Source: Candidatus Bathyarchaeota archaeon (lineage in GTDB: Archaea > Thermoproteota > Bathyarchaeia > Bathyarchaeales > Bathycorpusculaceae). Taken from it: a DNA stretch of 41,216 bases. A program made the position numbers and the translations under genes. The notes under the pieces are model-generated. The model had not been told where the DNA came from. It made no database searches and saw only the letters and a program-made list of their open reading frames with translations. The stretch covers positions 1 to 41,216 of the forward strand of contig CAVYHV010000019.1 in assembly GCA_963768425.1 (NCBI GenBank). The letters run 5' to 3'. Positions 1-10,006 of this stretch are shown here, one piece after another (position 1 is the stretch's first letter; each line of letters begins with the position of its first letter).

Positions 1-61
1 AGCCCGGGAGAGACCTATGCATATGCTCATATATACCATTTTTTTGAACCACCTAATTTCA

Positions 62-817
62 TTATTCCGTTTCGATTCTTGGCGCCAGGAAGAAAGTTAG
101 TTTTCCTCCTTTCGTCTGTTGAAAATCGATGAGCACAGGCATGTCGGTTGAGAACTCTAGTGTAGCGATGTCGGATGTGGCTGAAGCCGCTTTAATGATT
201 TCAGACAAATAACTTAGGCTAAAAGTTGCCTTTGAAGCTTCTTTTACCTCCAAATCCAAAAGAGCATCATTTCCCTTCTGCAGAGTTATCGTAGCACCCA
301 TGAGATCACCCATAGCATTCAAAACCAGCTTTTCCGGGTCCGCTTCAAATCTAACATGGTCACTGACTAGTCCAGCATCTTCAATTGCTTGGCTCAAACC
401 GTGCGTTGTAATCTTAGCTTTTACGTTGAAGGTTATCTTTGGCGTTGGCACTTCTTCCTCCGAGGCTAACAGCGTGGGCATGGTGAAGTCTCGGTTGTAC
501 TTCCCTGTTATCTTAACCTGCAAACGCCCAGTCTTATCATCAAGCAACAACTCCACTGCTTCGTCTTTCCCGGCTCTCTTCAGCAATTTCAGCAGTTCGC
601 TTATTTTCATGCATATTTTAATGGGTTCACTGCAAACGTATTCTTCGAAGATTGTTTTGGGCAATTCAAAATCGATCATGGCAACGCGGGAGGGATCCAT
701 AGCCCGAAGTTTCAAGCCGTCGGGTTCAATTTTGAAGGTAGCTTCATCTACGAGTATTGAGATGGCTGTGGCCATTTCTCTTAAGAATTTTGAGTCAGCC
801 ACTTTGAGCTTAAACAT
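62..817 (-). CDS. pcn: Proliferating cell nuclear antigen (DNA sliding clamp)
   Basis: Motifs LRAMDPSRVAMI, FSLSYL and the C-terminal FFLAPRIE; about 251 aa from MFKLKV (ATG 817); TTTATAA box upstream at about 853-859. Confidence 0.97.
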   Translation of the reverse strand: MFKLKVADSKFLREMATAISILVDEATFKIEPDGLKLRAMDPSRVAMIDFELPKTIFEEYVCSEPIKICMKISELLKLLKRAGKDEAVELLLDDKTGRLQVKITGKYNRDFTMPTLLASEEEVPTPKITFNVKAKITTHGLSQAIEDAGLVSDHVRFEADPEKLVLNAMGDLMGATITLQKGNDALLDLEVKEASKATFSLSYLSEIIKAASATSDIATLEFSTDMPVLIDFQQTKGGKLTFFLAPRIETE

Positions 818-1365
818 TCCAATCTTCCTCTTTGTATGCATACCCTGTTGTGTTATAAAGATTTACGAAATTAAGCGTGATGGCGCTGTTCGGCTTGGGG
901 TTCTTCGCGGATCTACTGTCCAGGAAACAGCAAAAGTGATTTATCATCGACCTGTAACGGGTAAATCTGCCAATTGGTATCCTGACCTCGTATTCAACTC
1001 CAGCGCAGTGAGTTCGGGCAGCCCCACCACTCCAGAACTGAATAAGTACTATTTCCTCAAACATTCCCTTTTTTGTAATTTGACTTGGACCGGTTCTGAA
1101 AAACAATGAAGCTGTGGCAGCCGGGAGAGACCTCAAATACACCACTTTTTTTGAATCAGCTAGCACCTGCTGCAGAGCCATATTAGGCGAAAAGCGTGAA
1201 CTTTACAATCGCAGATATGCGAGTGCGCTTACGCAGAGTGGCAGGCCCGCTGGGATGCGCTTAAAAAATTAAGCGAATCCTTGGTTAGGACGCTGGGATT
1301 TGAGAATTTCAAATTGCTGGGGTGCTCCCAGTCCTCAGCGGTGACATCTCCCGCAATCCACTTTT

Positions 1366-1803
1366 TTATTTGGTGCTACTGCATTTTTGACAAATTCCAT
1401 ATACATCCATGCGTTGTCCCGTCGGCTTGAATTTTGTAGCTGAGGTAACCTTCCTTGTTATTTCTTTTATAGTTATATCGTCTAGATCTGTGATCGTACC
1501 GCATTTCAAGCAAATCAGGTTTATGTGAGGATTCATGCAAGAATCAAACCTCGCCTGCCCCTCGGGAAAATTAATCTCCTGCACCAAATCTAAATCCCTA
1601 AGTACTTCCAAAGTCTTATAGACCGTCGCTAGACTCACAGTTGCATGAATTTTTTTAACCTCATCGTACACTTGTTGAGCTGAAGGGTGGGCTCTGCTGT
1701 TGAGCGCGATTCTGCAGATGGCTATTCTCTGCGGGGTTGCCTTGTATCCTTTACTTCGCAGAGCTTCAATTGCGGAAGCGTCTGATTTAAGAGAAGCCGT
1801 CAT
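1366..1803 (-). CDS. Fur-family (PerR-like) transcriptional repressor
   Basis: KATPQRIAI, HPSAQQVY, VSLATVYKTL, HINLICLKCG and GICQKC; divergent from the catalase; likely start MTASLK at 1803. Confidence 0.93.
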   Translation of the reverse strand: MTASLKSDASAIEALRSKGYKATPQRIAICRIALNSRAHPSAQQVYDEVKKIHATVSLATVYKTLEVLRDLDLVQEINFPEGQARFDSCMNPHINLICLKCGTITDLDDITIKEITRKVTSATKFKPTGQRMDVYGICQKCSSTK

Positions 1804-1940
1804 ATAAATTATTAGATAATAAAAATTCTTAAATAAACCTTTTGCGCTACCTATAGTAGACGAAAAGGCGATTTTTTGAAGATGAAAGAAAAACATCTTA
1901 CCACAAATCAAGGAGTTGCATTATTTTGAATGATATAACC

Positions 1941-3397
1941 ATGAAAAAAGACGAACGTAAACCCACAACAACAGATGCCGGGATCCCAGTAGCCAGCGAG
2001 GAGTTTTCCCTTACCGTGGGACCTGATGGCCCAATTCTGCTACAGGATCACTACCTGATGGAGCAGATGGCCACTTTTAACAGGGAGATGATTCCAGACC
2101 GCCAACCTCACGCAAAGGGTTCGGGGGCCTTCGGATACTTTGAGGTGACCAAGGACGTCAGCGCTTATACAAAGGCGGCCGTGTTCCAACTGGGCACGAA
2201 GACCGAGGTGCTGACCCAGGTTCTCTCAGGTGGCTGGCGAGAGCGGCAGTCCCGATACCTGGCGGGATGTGCGTGGCTTTGCGCTCAAATTTTACACCAC
2301 AGAGGGCAATTATGACATGGTGGGAAACAACACCCCTGTTTTTTTCGTACGCGATCCTATGAAGTTCCAGCACTTCATCCACTCCCAGAAACGACGTGCG
2401 AACAACGGCCTGCGCGATAACGACATGCAGTGGGACTTCTGGACGCTTTCGCCCGAGTCGGCCCATCAGGTCACCATTTTGATGAGCGAACGTGGAGTCC
2501 CCAAGAGCTATCGGAACATGAACGGCTACTCGAGCCACACCTATATGTGGGTCAATGCTAAAGGCGAGCGCTACTGGGTGAAGTATCACTTCAAGACAAA
2601 CCAGGGCATCGACTTCCTAACCCAAGAAGAGGCCGACCGGATTGCGGGTGTTGATGCAGACTACCACCGCCGCGATCTGTTCGAGGCAATCAAGCGGGGG
2701 GATTACCCCAGTTGGACTCTACAAGTCCAGATCATGCCCTTCAAAGAGGCCGAGACTTACCGATTCAACCCCTTCGACCTGACCAAGGTCTGGCCCCACG
2801 AAGACTATCCAGTGCACGAAGTGGGCAAACTGACGCTGAACCGCAATCCAAGCGATTTTCAGGCTGAGATTGAGCAGGCTGCATTCGAACCAAACAACCT
2901 CGTTCCCGGAATCGGACCAAGCCCAGACAAGATGCTGCTAGCCCGCCTAGTTTCCTACTCCGACGCCCATCGAGCTCGCCTGGGGGTCAACTACAAGCAG
3001 ATTCCAGTCAACCGACCCAAAGTACCGATCCACAGCTACAGCAAAGGCGGGGCAATGCGGATGGATAAAGTCTCGCGATCCAGTCTATGCGCCCAACTCA
3101 AAGGGCGGCCCAAAGGCCGACTCCGAGCGGTATCCCGAGGTGGCCATCTGGAGTGCCAGCGGCGAGTTCATCCGTGCAGCCTACACTAAACGCAAGGACG
3201 ACGACGATTTCGGCCAACCCGGTACCCTGGTTCGCAAGGTTATGGACGATGCGCAGCGCGACCGGTTGGTGTCCAATGTGGTGGGTCATTTGAGAAACGG
3301 CGTGTCCGAACCCGTGCTGCAGAAGGTCTTCGAATACTGGCGCAATATCGATAAGGAAATCGGCGACCGCGTCGCCAAAGGCGTGAAAGGCAAGTAG
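1941..3397 (+). CDS. Monofunctional heme catalase (small subunit), split by two single-base frameshifts (about 2217 and about 3075)
   Basis: [38 protein letters not shown] and RLVSYSDAH are continuous across ORFs 1926-2315, 2230-3189 and 3140-3397. Confidence 0.93.
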
Positions 3398-3484
3398 GAC
3401 TTCCAAGAGAATTTCCTGCACGATTTCGTAGCGGCATGGGACAAGGTAATGAACCTTGACCGCTTCGACCTCGTCTGGTCATAA
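3398..3484 (+). pseudogene. katG: C-terminal remnant of catalase-peroxidase
   Basis: Translates DFQENFLHDFVAAWDKVMNLDRFDLVWS*, the characteristic KatG C-terminus (FVxDFVAAWxKVMNLDRFD). Confidence 0.85.
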
Positions 3485-3620
3485 CAAGAGGTAGCTAGCG
3501 GCTCGCACCTTCCTTTTTTTACAATTTCCTTTTACGCACTTATGGAGCAGATTTCATCTCAAGCTGGCAAAAAACGCCTGAATTGAGGGTTAGTGGAACC
3601 GCTGGGTCCCAGACCCAACT

Positions 3621-5253
3621 CAGACTGTGTCAAAACTCAGAGCTAAAGCCTAAGAATATCTGGCACTCAAGCCCTTGTAGAGGATTGTTATTCACTTGTT
3701 TTCTCTTTTTACGCCTTCATCAAACCCATTAGCGTTCCAACTCCAAGAATATTGATAGCCCTTCGCATGTTGTAAGCAAGCATCGTAAATCCTACTTCTC
3801 CTTTGACTTTTCTAAGACCCTTCAAGAGCAAATAGCCCTGATTGAATGCCCGTTTCATGGTTCCAAAAGGATGCTCCGCCAACATCCTCCTCAAACGCAC
3901 TTTCTCTTTTCCGTCAGAACTCATCAGCCGTGCTCTGAGCCTATCAACCGCATCCTGATACTCCCACCTCACCATTATCCTGCCCCGCCTATTCCGAGTA
4001 CACCTACTTCTAGAATCACAACGAGCACAGGAAACTGTTCTGTAACGCCTACCATTTTCAGGCTTACTCTTGAAACTGCACTTCCAAAACCCCAGTTCCT
4101 TCCCAACAGGACAAACATAAACGTCCTTGACCTCATCGAAAATAAACCGTTCAGAGCCAAACTCAGGCTCCGGAACACCCACCCTCTTAGTAGGATTGAA
4201 AGCTGGAATCGGCATAAACACCGTTATCCCAGCTTCCTCACATTCAACGAGGTCATTTGCAACATAGAATCCTTTGTCACTCAAAACTTCCAGCTGATCA
4301 ACGCCAAGCATCTGTTTTGCAGCCTTAGCATCAGTCGCTAGCTGGTGATGATCAGTCGAATTATTGATAACATCGTAATCCACGATTAAATGCTGCTTCG
4401 CATCCACAGATGTCTGAATGTTGTAGCAGACTTCAAGCCTTTGACTGTCTACCCGCATCAAACGGCTATCTGGATCCACAAGTGAAACCTCCTTCTGGCC
4501 TGTTGCCTTCATTTGGTCTTGAATCTGCTCGTATCGTTGCTTTTCTTCTTCAAGCTTGCATATTTTCTCCTTGAGCTCATCGACATTGACGCTTTCATCT
4601 TCAGCTGAATCAGCCGTATCGTTTTGGTCCATTTCTTTGAGGTACTCTGCTATCTTTTCTTCTGTTTGTTTGAGCCTCAAAGCGACTGTTTTCTCGTTGA
4701 GGTTGTTGCTTTTTGAGTTTACCGCTTTGAATTTGGTGCCATCAATCGCTACTAGTTGAGCACCGTAAAGATCCAGGCTTCTGCAGAGGTAAACAAATTC
4801 TTTGAATACGCCTTTGATGCAGTCTACGTTGTCTTTTCTGAAGTCAGCGATGGTTTTGTGGTCTGGAGCAAGCTTCTTCATTAGCCACATGACCTCAACG
4901 TTGCGGTGGCATTCTTTCTCCAGTTTCCTGCTGGATCTTACTTGGTTTAGGTAGCCGTAAATGTAGAGTTTGAGAAGGTCTGAGGGATCATACGAGGGTC
5001 TTCCAGTTTCAGCTAGGATGGAGTGTTTGAATCCGAGTTTTTCCAGGTTTAGGCTGTCGACGAAGGCGTCGATGAATCTGACGGGGTTTTCTTTTTCAAC
5101 GTACTGGTCGATGGTATTGGGAAAAAGTACTGTTTGGTCTCTGTGGGTTCCGTTTACATGTTCGCTCATGGGTTTTCAGTTGCTCTAAGGTTAGTCTAGA
5201 TTTAAGGTTAACGGTGAATAGCTTGCAGAGAAAGAGACTTTTCACACAGTCTG
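3621..5253 (-). mobile_element. IS1182-family insertion sequence
   Basis: Terminal inverted repeats cagactgtgtcaaaa (3621) and ttttcacacagtctg (ending 5253) enclose the transposase. Confidence 0.9.
3709..5169 (-). CDS. IS1182-family DDE transposase
   Basis: GRPSYDP, SSRKLEKEC, PDHKTIADFR, AIDGTK, DPDSRLM, SDKGF, EHPFGTMK and AYNMRR motifs; 486 aa, intact. Confidence 0.95.
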   Translation of the reverse strand: MSEHVNGTHRDQTVLFPNTIDQYVEKENPVRFIDAFVDSLNLEKLGFKHSILAETGRPSYDPSDLLKLYIYGYLNQVRSSRKLEKECHRNVEVMWLMKKLAPDHKTIADFRKDNVDCIKGVFKEFVYLCRSLDLYGAQLVAIDGTKFKAVNSKSNNLNEKTVALRLKQTEEKIAEYLKEMDQNDTADSAEDESVNVDELKEKICKLEEEKQRYEQIQDQMKATGQKEVSLVDPDSRLMRVDSQRLEVCYNIQTSVDAKQHLIVDYDVINNSTDHHQLATDAKAAKQMLGVDQLEVLSDKGFYVANDLVECEEAGITVFMPIPAFNPTKRVGVPEPEFGSERFIFDEVKDVYVCPVGKELGFWKCSFKSKPENGRRYRTVSCARCDSRSRCTRNRRGRIMVRWEYQDAVDRLRARLMSSDGKEKVRLRRMLAEHPFGTMKRAFNQGYLLLKGLRKVKGEVGFTMLAYNMRRAINILGVGTLMGLMKA

Positions 5254-5317
5254 ATTTGGGTCTGGGACCCAGCGGCCCCACGAGAGTTCGGTTTATTTTG
5301 TGGACTTGAACCTGTTT

Positions 5318-5447
5318 CAGAGTGTGTGAAAACTCAAATCGAGCTTAGAAAATTGCTTTAAATGTGTATTATATCGTTTTTTAAGCCAATATTATTTGGA
5401 TAAAAATAGCAATTTTCTGAAATTGAAATTAGTTTTTACACAGTCTC
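5318..5447. mobile_element. MITE with IS1182-type ends
   Basis: cagagtgtgtgaaaactc ... agtttttacacagtctc match the adjacent IS ends; AT-rich non-coding interior. Confidence 0.75.
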
Positions 5448-6217
5448 AAGTGGGTTCGGAACCATTTAATTTGATCTCGATGAAATAATCACTATAGGTG
5501 CTAGGAGGCGGATCCCAGCCTCATTTTACCAGTAAAAAATATCAAGGATGGGTCGGACCGGGCTTACCCCATAGATGGGCTGGGTCTCTAAGCTCCAACT
5601 TTGTAAATAAGACCATTTTCGCAAGTTTTGAAGAGGTTTGAAGCTGCCCGTTCCCATTACCCAAACGGGTTCAAAACCTTTGAAACACATTAGCCAGAGC
5701 CGAATTGCCTGTTGCACCAAAAGTTCGTTTTTTCTCTTAGCCAAACCATCACAGCATTTTCTCCGCGCACAAAGTCGCGTGAAACAAAGCCTAACCAAGG
5801 ACAATGGAGAAGCGAGGGCGTCCTCTTCAGTGGAAAGAAAGGGAGTTAAGAGAAGATTAATTATTGAAGTTCCTGACCTCAAAACGAAAATTCCGCAAAG
5901 CTTTCGGTTGCATTTAACCGACAACCACGTCGTTAGAAAGACTACTGAAAAATCGCTATGCCTCTTGGAATACATGACAAGAAAGAGTTATTCATTTTCT
6001 TATCTGAGACAACGAAATGGCATGATGCTTCTGTACTACATACAAATAACCCAAGAATGGTAAACATGGCAATACAATACTTTGATAAATTGTGGGAAAA
6101 AGCAGAACAAATTTAACTTTACAAAAAGAATAACAAACATGTCTCAACTGCTTCCAAACTTTGACAAGGGTCAAGAAATGGGTAAAACCTTTGTTTAGAG
6201 ATAATGATGTCGATTCC

Positions 6218-6790
6218 TCAAAGCGGTCCAACTATTGAACTATGCCTTTGGTTTACGCTCGTGGTTTTTAAGGTTCTAGGCGAGGACGGTTTAGTCTCGG
6301 GTGGAAGTAACAGCGATTCTATTTGTCGAAGCGAGAACGGCTTGAGAACGAGATCTGTTTTGCTCGTGCTTACAGCGAAAATACCGGTAATGTGCCCGCC
6401 CCTACTGGGTTGGCCTCTTATCCTTCTGAGGAATTCTAAGTAGCCTTCATAGTTCTTGTGAACAGATATCTGAATAAAGTTTGAATCCAAGCCTTGTCCC
6501 TCTAGATTGCAGAGTACTTCAGGCTGTTCACTCAGCCATTCGCGAGCTTCGGACACTTCTCTCGGGCGTTAGCTCGGATGCGTCAGCATAGCCGAAAATG
6601 AATGCAACGATTTCGATTCCAATTTTGTTAAAGTCGGGTATCATAGTGTATTCTTTATGTAGCCTTCCTTCTCAAGTTCCTTCCTTCTCCTAGTTGCTGT
6701 TGTTTGAGACATTCCCAAGGTCTTGATAGTTGTTTATCGCTTATCTTTGACCCACGAACCAAAGCGAAAAGCATCTTCATTTTTTCTATG
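6218..6790 (-). pseudogene. Lrp/AsnC-family regulator, frameshifted
   Basis: Across frames it reads LFALVRGSKISDKQL / KTLGMSQTTATRRRKELEKEGYIKEYTMIPDFNKIGIEIVAF / ...ISVHKNYEGYLEFL...LKPFSL. Confidence 0.75.
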
Positions 6791-7815
6791 TTTTTTCTTT
6801 CCTCTGACGGGGCGGTTTTTTTTCCGCGATTCTTTGTGCAATCAAGACACCAATCCTATTGCAGTTTTCGTGGTTTTAAGTCTTGCTGAAAAACACCACA
6901 AACAACATGACTTATGCATCTTTCATTCAAAAACGATGCGATTATGACTTAATTATATCACGAAGGGCTGGTCATCTGGTGCCAAGAGAAATATAATACT
7001 TGCGTCTGCTATCCTGTAGCGGGAACAGGGGGCTAAAGAGCTGGTGAAAATGGATGGCGGAAATTAAGGAAACGCTGGCTGAAGAGCTTGATGAAAGAAC
7101 TGACCAAAGGATTGATGATAATTCTGACCCTACTCCTCGATACGCAAAAGGCCTTTCAAGGGCGCGCCAGAGCACTCTTCGTGTCAATATTCAACTTGGG
7201 TTGAGGCGAGATTATGGAGATTGAATGTAAGAACATGACTATTCAGACAAGGTGGAGAAGATTTCTCCTGAGGTTCGCGAGTACGTAAGGTCTGAGCTGG
7301 ATTGGATTGCGAAACGGCTAAGAAAACATAATCCGGATTTGAACTACTGCGACCTGAGAAAGTTCCTTAATGAAATGGTTAGCGTTTCGGTCTGAGCATG
7401 AGTATCGCCGGATGAACTAGGATACTAAACCAAAGATGCTGCGAATTTCTTTCGGATACCAGACGATTCAGTCTCATTTTTTAGAATCACTTACTTACAT
7501 ATACAAAACAGCGCTGCTTTTTTAAAAATTAGTTATTAATTATTTTTTAATGCACGAAGTCCGTAGAAACGATTCAACTAAAAAAGAGTCACTAAGGAAA
7601 CATTAAGGAAAAAATTTGAAAATTTTTTTTGAGACCTCATAGTCTAGGACGTGATGTCTACGCCACCAATGTTAACTTCAAGACCATAGGTCTCAAACAA
7701 GGCCTTATGCTTCGCCATATCTTCCGCAGAAGGCTCCTTAACCCCGGCAGTCTCGAATTTCTTGCCCAATTTCTTATATTTATTCTCGGCAAATGAGTGG
7801 TAAGCCAATAAGTCA

Positions 7816-8106
7816 ATGTATTTCAGGCTATTCGCCCCGAAAATGGCATCAACAGGTTTTGTAGTAGACAATGGAGTGACTGCAACAATTCATTTCAATG
7901 TTGATAGATTGCTCACGGGTAATAGTGCCAGTTTAGTTTTCAATTATGTCGATACAGCTATTCATGAACTTAACCATATAAAAAACCCGCGATTGTCTGA
8001 ACAGCAAATACACGATTCGGGGATCCCAGTCATAGAAGGATTTCTAGGGATTAGACTTCCTGATACTTTCAAAAATCAAAAAGTGTCCGATTACTACTTT
8101 CCGTAA
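7816..8106 (+). CDS. Small hypothetical protein with HExxH motif
   Basis: DTAIHELNH motif; start uncertain. Confidence 0.4.
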   Translation: MYFRLFAPKMASTGFVVDNGVTATIHFNVDRLLTGNSASLVFNYVDTAIHELNHIKNPRLSEQQIHDSGIPVIEGFLGIRLPDTFKNQKVSDYYFP

Positions 8107-8212
8107 AGCCCCTACTCATTTAGCAAAACAGCTTTTTTTAACCCTGATTTTTCATTACCAAACTAACTGATTGCAAAAGCCTTAAAACTGCATAGCTCAA
8201 AAATAGCTTAAC

Positions 8213-8692
8213 ATGGTAAAAAGCAAGATTCTAGACAGATTGAGAAACAATATCGAAGCAAGTTTTGAGGTAATAATGAAAGAGAATATCAGAGACTTGA
8301 TACTCCAAATACTCAGTTTAATGATTGGAATCTTGCTTGCACTTTTGTTAAATTCTTTTACGCCCTTATTCCATGACTTAGTGGCTTTTGGTCTTGTATT
8401 AGTTATTGTAATAGCTATTGCTGTTTTCTCATGGATTGACGGACAGTTTGTCTTGATAAGACTCCTGTTAGTAGGAGCAAGCATAGTATCTGTAGTCTCA
8501 GCTTTGGTTACTTGGGCTTCAACTGGTGAAAGTGGATTAATTCAAATAAACCTAAATCAAATCGATAATATCTTTAGATCAATTCTTTTGGCTAGCTTTT
8601 TCAGTCTTTTAGAGAGGATAACAAGGTTCATAGATGATAGAGTAGAAGCAAAGAAAAGGAATAGCACTCTATTTCGCTTTAACAAATCTTAA
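8213..8692 (+). CDS. Hypothetical membrane protein
   Basis: 3-4 hydrophobic segments; shared promoter motif upstream. Confidence 0.6.
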   Translation: MVKSKILDRLRNNIEASFEVIMKENIRDLILQILSLMIGILLALLLNSFTPLFHDLVAFGLVLVIVIAIAVFSWIDGQFVLIRLLLVGASIVSVVSALVTWASTGESGLIQINLNQIDNIFRSILLASFFSLLERITRFIDDRVEAKKRNSTLFRFNKS

Positions 8693-8726
8693 ATCTGAAA
8701 AGCGAAGAATAGCTTTCTGATAATCA

Positions 8727-9038
8727 ATGAAAATTCATAATTATGGTGACTTAATCATTCTTGAGTACAACAACACAGAACTGTACCAACCCAACGGTGA
8801 ACGACACCTAATAAGTTCAGAATACACGCAATTAGAGAATTGGCTTTTCAGCCAACTCAGCAGAATGCCTCAATATGCAGTAAGAGACCCAGAAAATTTA
8901 AGATATAGGATAGTGGATAAAATAGTGAAAAAGTGTTATTGGAAAGACCTTGCTTCAGCCAAAAGATTTGTGTCTATGCTTCTTAGGAATTACGTGGCAC
9001 AATTTAAGTCGCTTCCAGATGTAGAGGTAAAGAAGTAA
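8727..9038 (+). CDS. Hypothetical protein
   Basis: 103-aa ORF preceded by the shared TCTTAAATCTG motif. Confidence 0.55.
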   Translation: MKIHNYGDLIILEYNNTELYQPNGERHLISSEYTQLENWLFSQLSRMPQYAVRDPENLRYRIVDKIVKKCYWKDLASAKRFVSMLLRNYVAQFKSLPDVEVKK

Positions 9039-9093
9039 ATAAAATTAATTAGAAAGTTCATTATGTATAAAATTGAGAAGGCTTGAGAGAGTA

Positions 9094-9261
9094 ATGAGGA
9101 GTATCACTTTGTTGGTTTCTGATGAACTTGCAGAAAAAATGGATAAGTTAAAAGATGTAAACTGGTCTGAAGTTTGTAGATATGCTATTTTAGATGAGAT
9201 ATTGATTGCAAATCAAGCAGAAGAAGTTGTAAAGCTTAAGTCTGAAATTCCAAGAGTCTAA
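9094..9261 (+). CDS. Ribbon-helix-helix (CopG/antitoxin-like) protein
   Basis: MRSITLLVSDELAEKMDKLKDVNWSEVCRYAI is the typical archaeal RHH pattern. Confidence 0.7.
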   Translation: MRSITLLVSDELAEKMDKLKDVNWSEVCRYAILDEILIANQAEEVVKLKSEIPRV

Positions 9262-9294
9262 ATTCAAGGGTTAGAAACTTCGCTATTTAGAATA

Positions 9295-9679
9295 GATAAG
9301 TCTTAAATCTGCATAGCAACAACAACAAAACCAATAAAATAAAACATGGTGAATAATATGGAAAATGAAATAAGAATCAACAATATTGAAAGAAAAATCA
9401 ACAGTTTAGAAAAAAAATTTAAGTTATTAGGGGTAATAGCAATAATTAGCGGTTTAATCGAAATGGTATTCTTTTTAACTACTGAATATCTTTGGATTCT
9501 GTCGCTGTTAGGTCTATTAATACTTGCAATGGGTATATACTTAATTAAAACCCCAAAAAATGAAGATTCCGTATGCAACAAAACCAACAAAACACAGCAA
9601 CAATACCTGCCTGAGAATGATAATTATTTAAGACTTTAAACCCAAGTTTTCTTCATGATAAGTCTTAAATCTGCATAGC
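9295..9679 (+). repeat. Exact 23-bp direct repeat gataagtcttaaatctgcatagc (9295-9317, 9657-9679)
   Basis: Read directly; variants at about 8177 and 8684, and in reverse at 23532, 28441 and 28983. Confidence 0.9.
9346..9639 (+). CDS. Small 2-TM membrane protein
   Basis: Coiled N-terminus plus two hydrophobic helices; flanked by 23-bp direct repeats. Confidence 0.55.
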   Translation: MVNNMENEIRINNIERKINSLEKKFKLLGVIAIISGLIEMVFFLTTEYLWILSLLGLLILAMGIYLIKTPKNEDSVCNKTNKTQQQYLPENDNYLRL

Positions 9680-9694
9680 GTAGAAATAGCATAC

Positions 9695-9928
9695 ATGGAG
9701 AATCTCGAATATAGTTGTAATTTGGATAACAAACATACAGTTCAGAGAACGCTCGAAAAAATGATTTTGCATATGGGAGAGAAAGAAGGTAAGCTACATG
9801 AAGAATGGCGAAAAAAACACAGACTACCAGCTAAATCGATGACTCTTCAAAGCATTAACGAACATCGTTCTGAAATAATGAAAGCGATAAATGACGATAA
9901 TACTATTATTAAATCAAGTCTAAAGTAA
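9695..9928 (+). CDS. Hypothetical protein
   Basis: 77-aa ORF after the shared promoter motif. Confidence 0.45.
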   Translation: MENLEYSCNLDNKHTVQRTLEKMILHMGEKEGKLHEEWRKKHRLPAKSMTLQSINEHRSEIMKAINDDNTIIKSSLK

Positions 9929-10006
9929 AAAGTACCATATTTCAAAATTATAGGGCGCAATTTTTTTAAAAAAGCAGAAAACGAGACTAAAAAGGAAAGA
10001 GGCTAA

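Noticed and set aside
860-1135. SRP RNA, RNase P RNA or cobalamin/glycine riboswitch upstream of pcn
   Set aside because: Only short look-alike words (cctgtaac, gggagagacct); the diagnostic helix-8, P4 and B12-box motifs are absent.
300-1181. ORFs 300-1109 (+) and 810-1181 (-)
   Set aside because: Antisense to or overlapping pcn and its promoter; no recognisable motifs.
3395-3484. Pyrrolysine/amber read-through extending the catalase
   Set aside because: The extension is a KatG terminus unrelated to this catalase; a scar is the simpler explanation.
5526-6231. ORFs of 79-149 aa on both strands
   Set aside because: Mutually overlapping, with no motifs; not supportable as genes.
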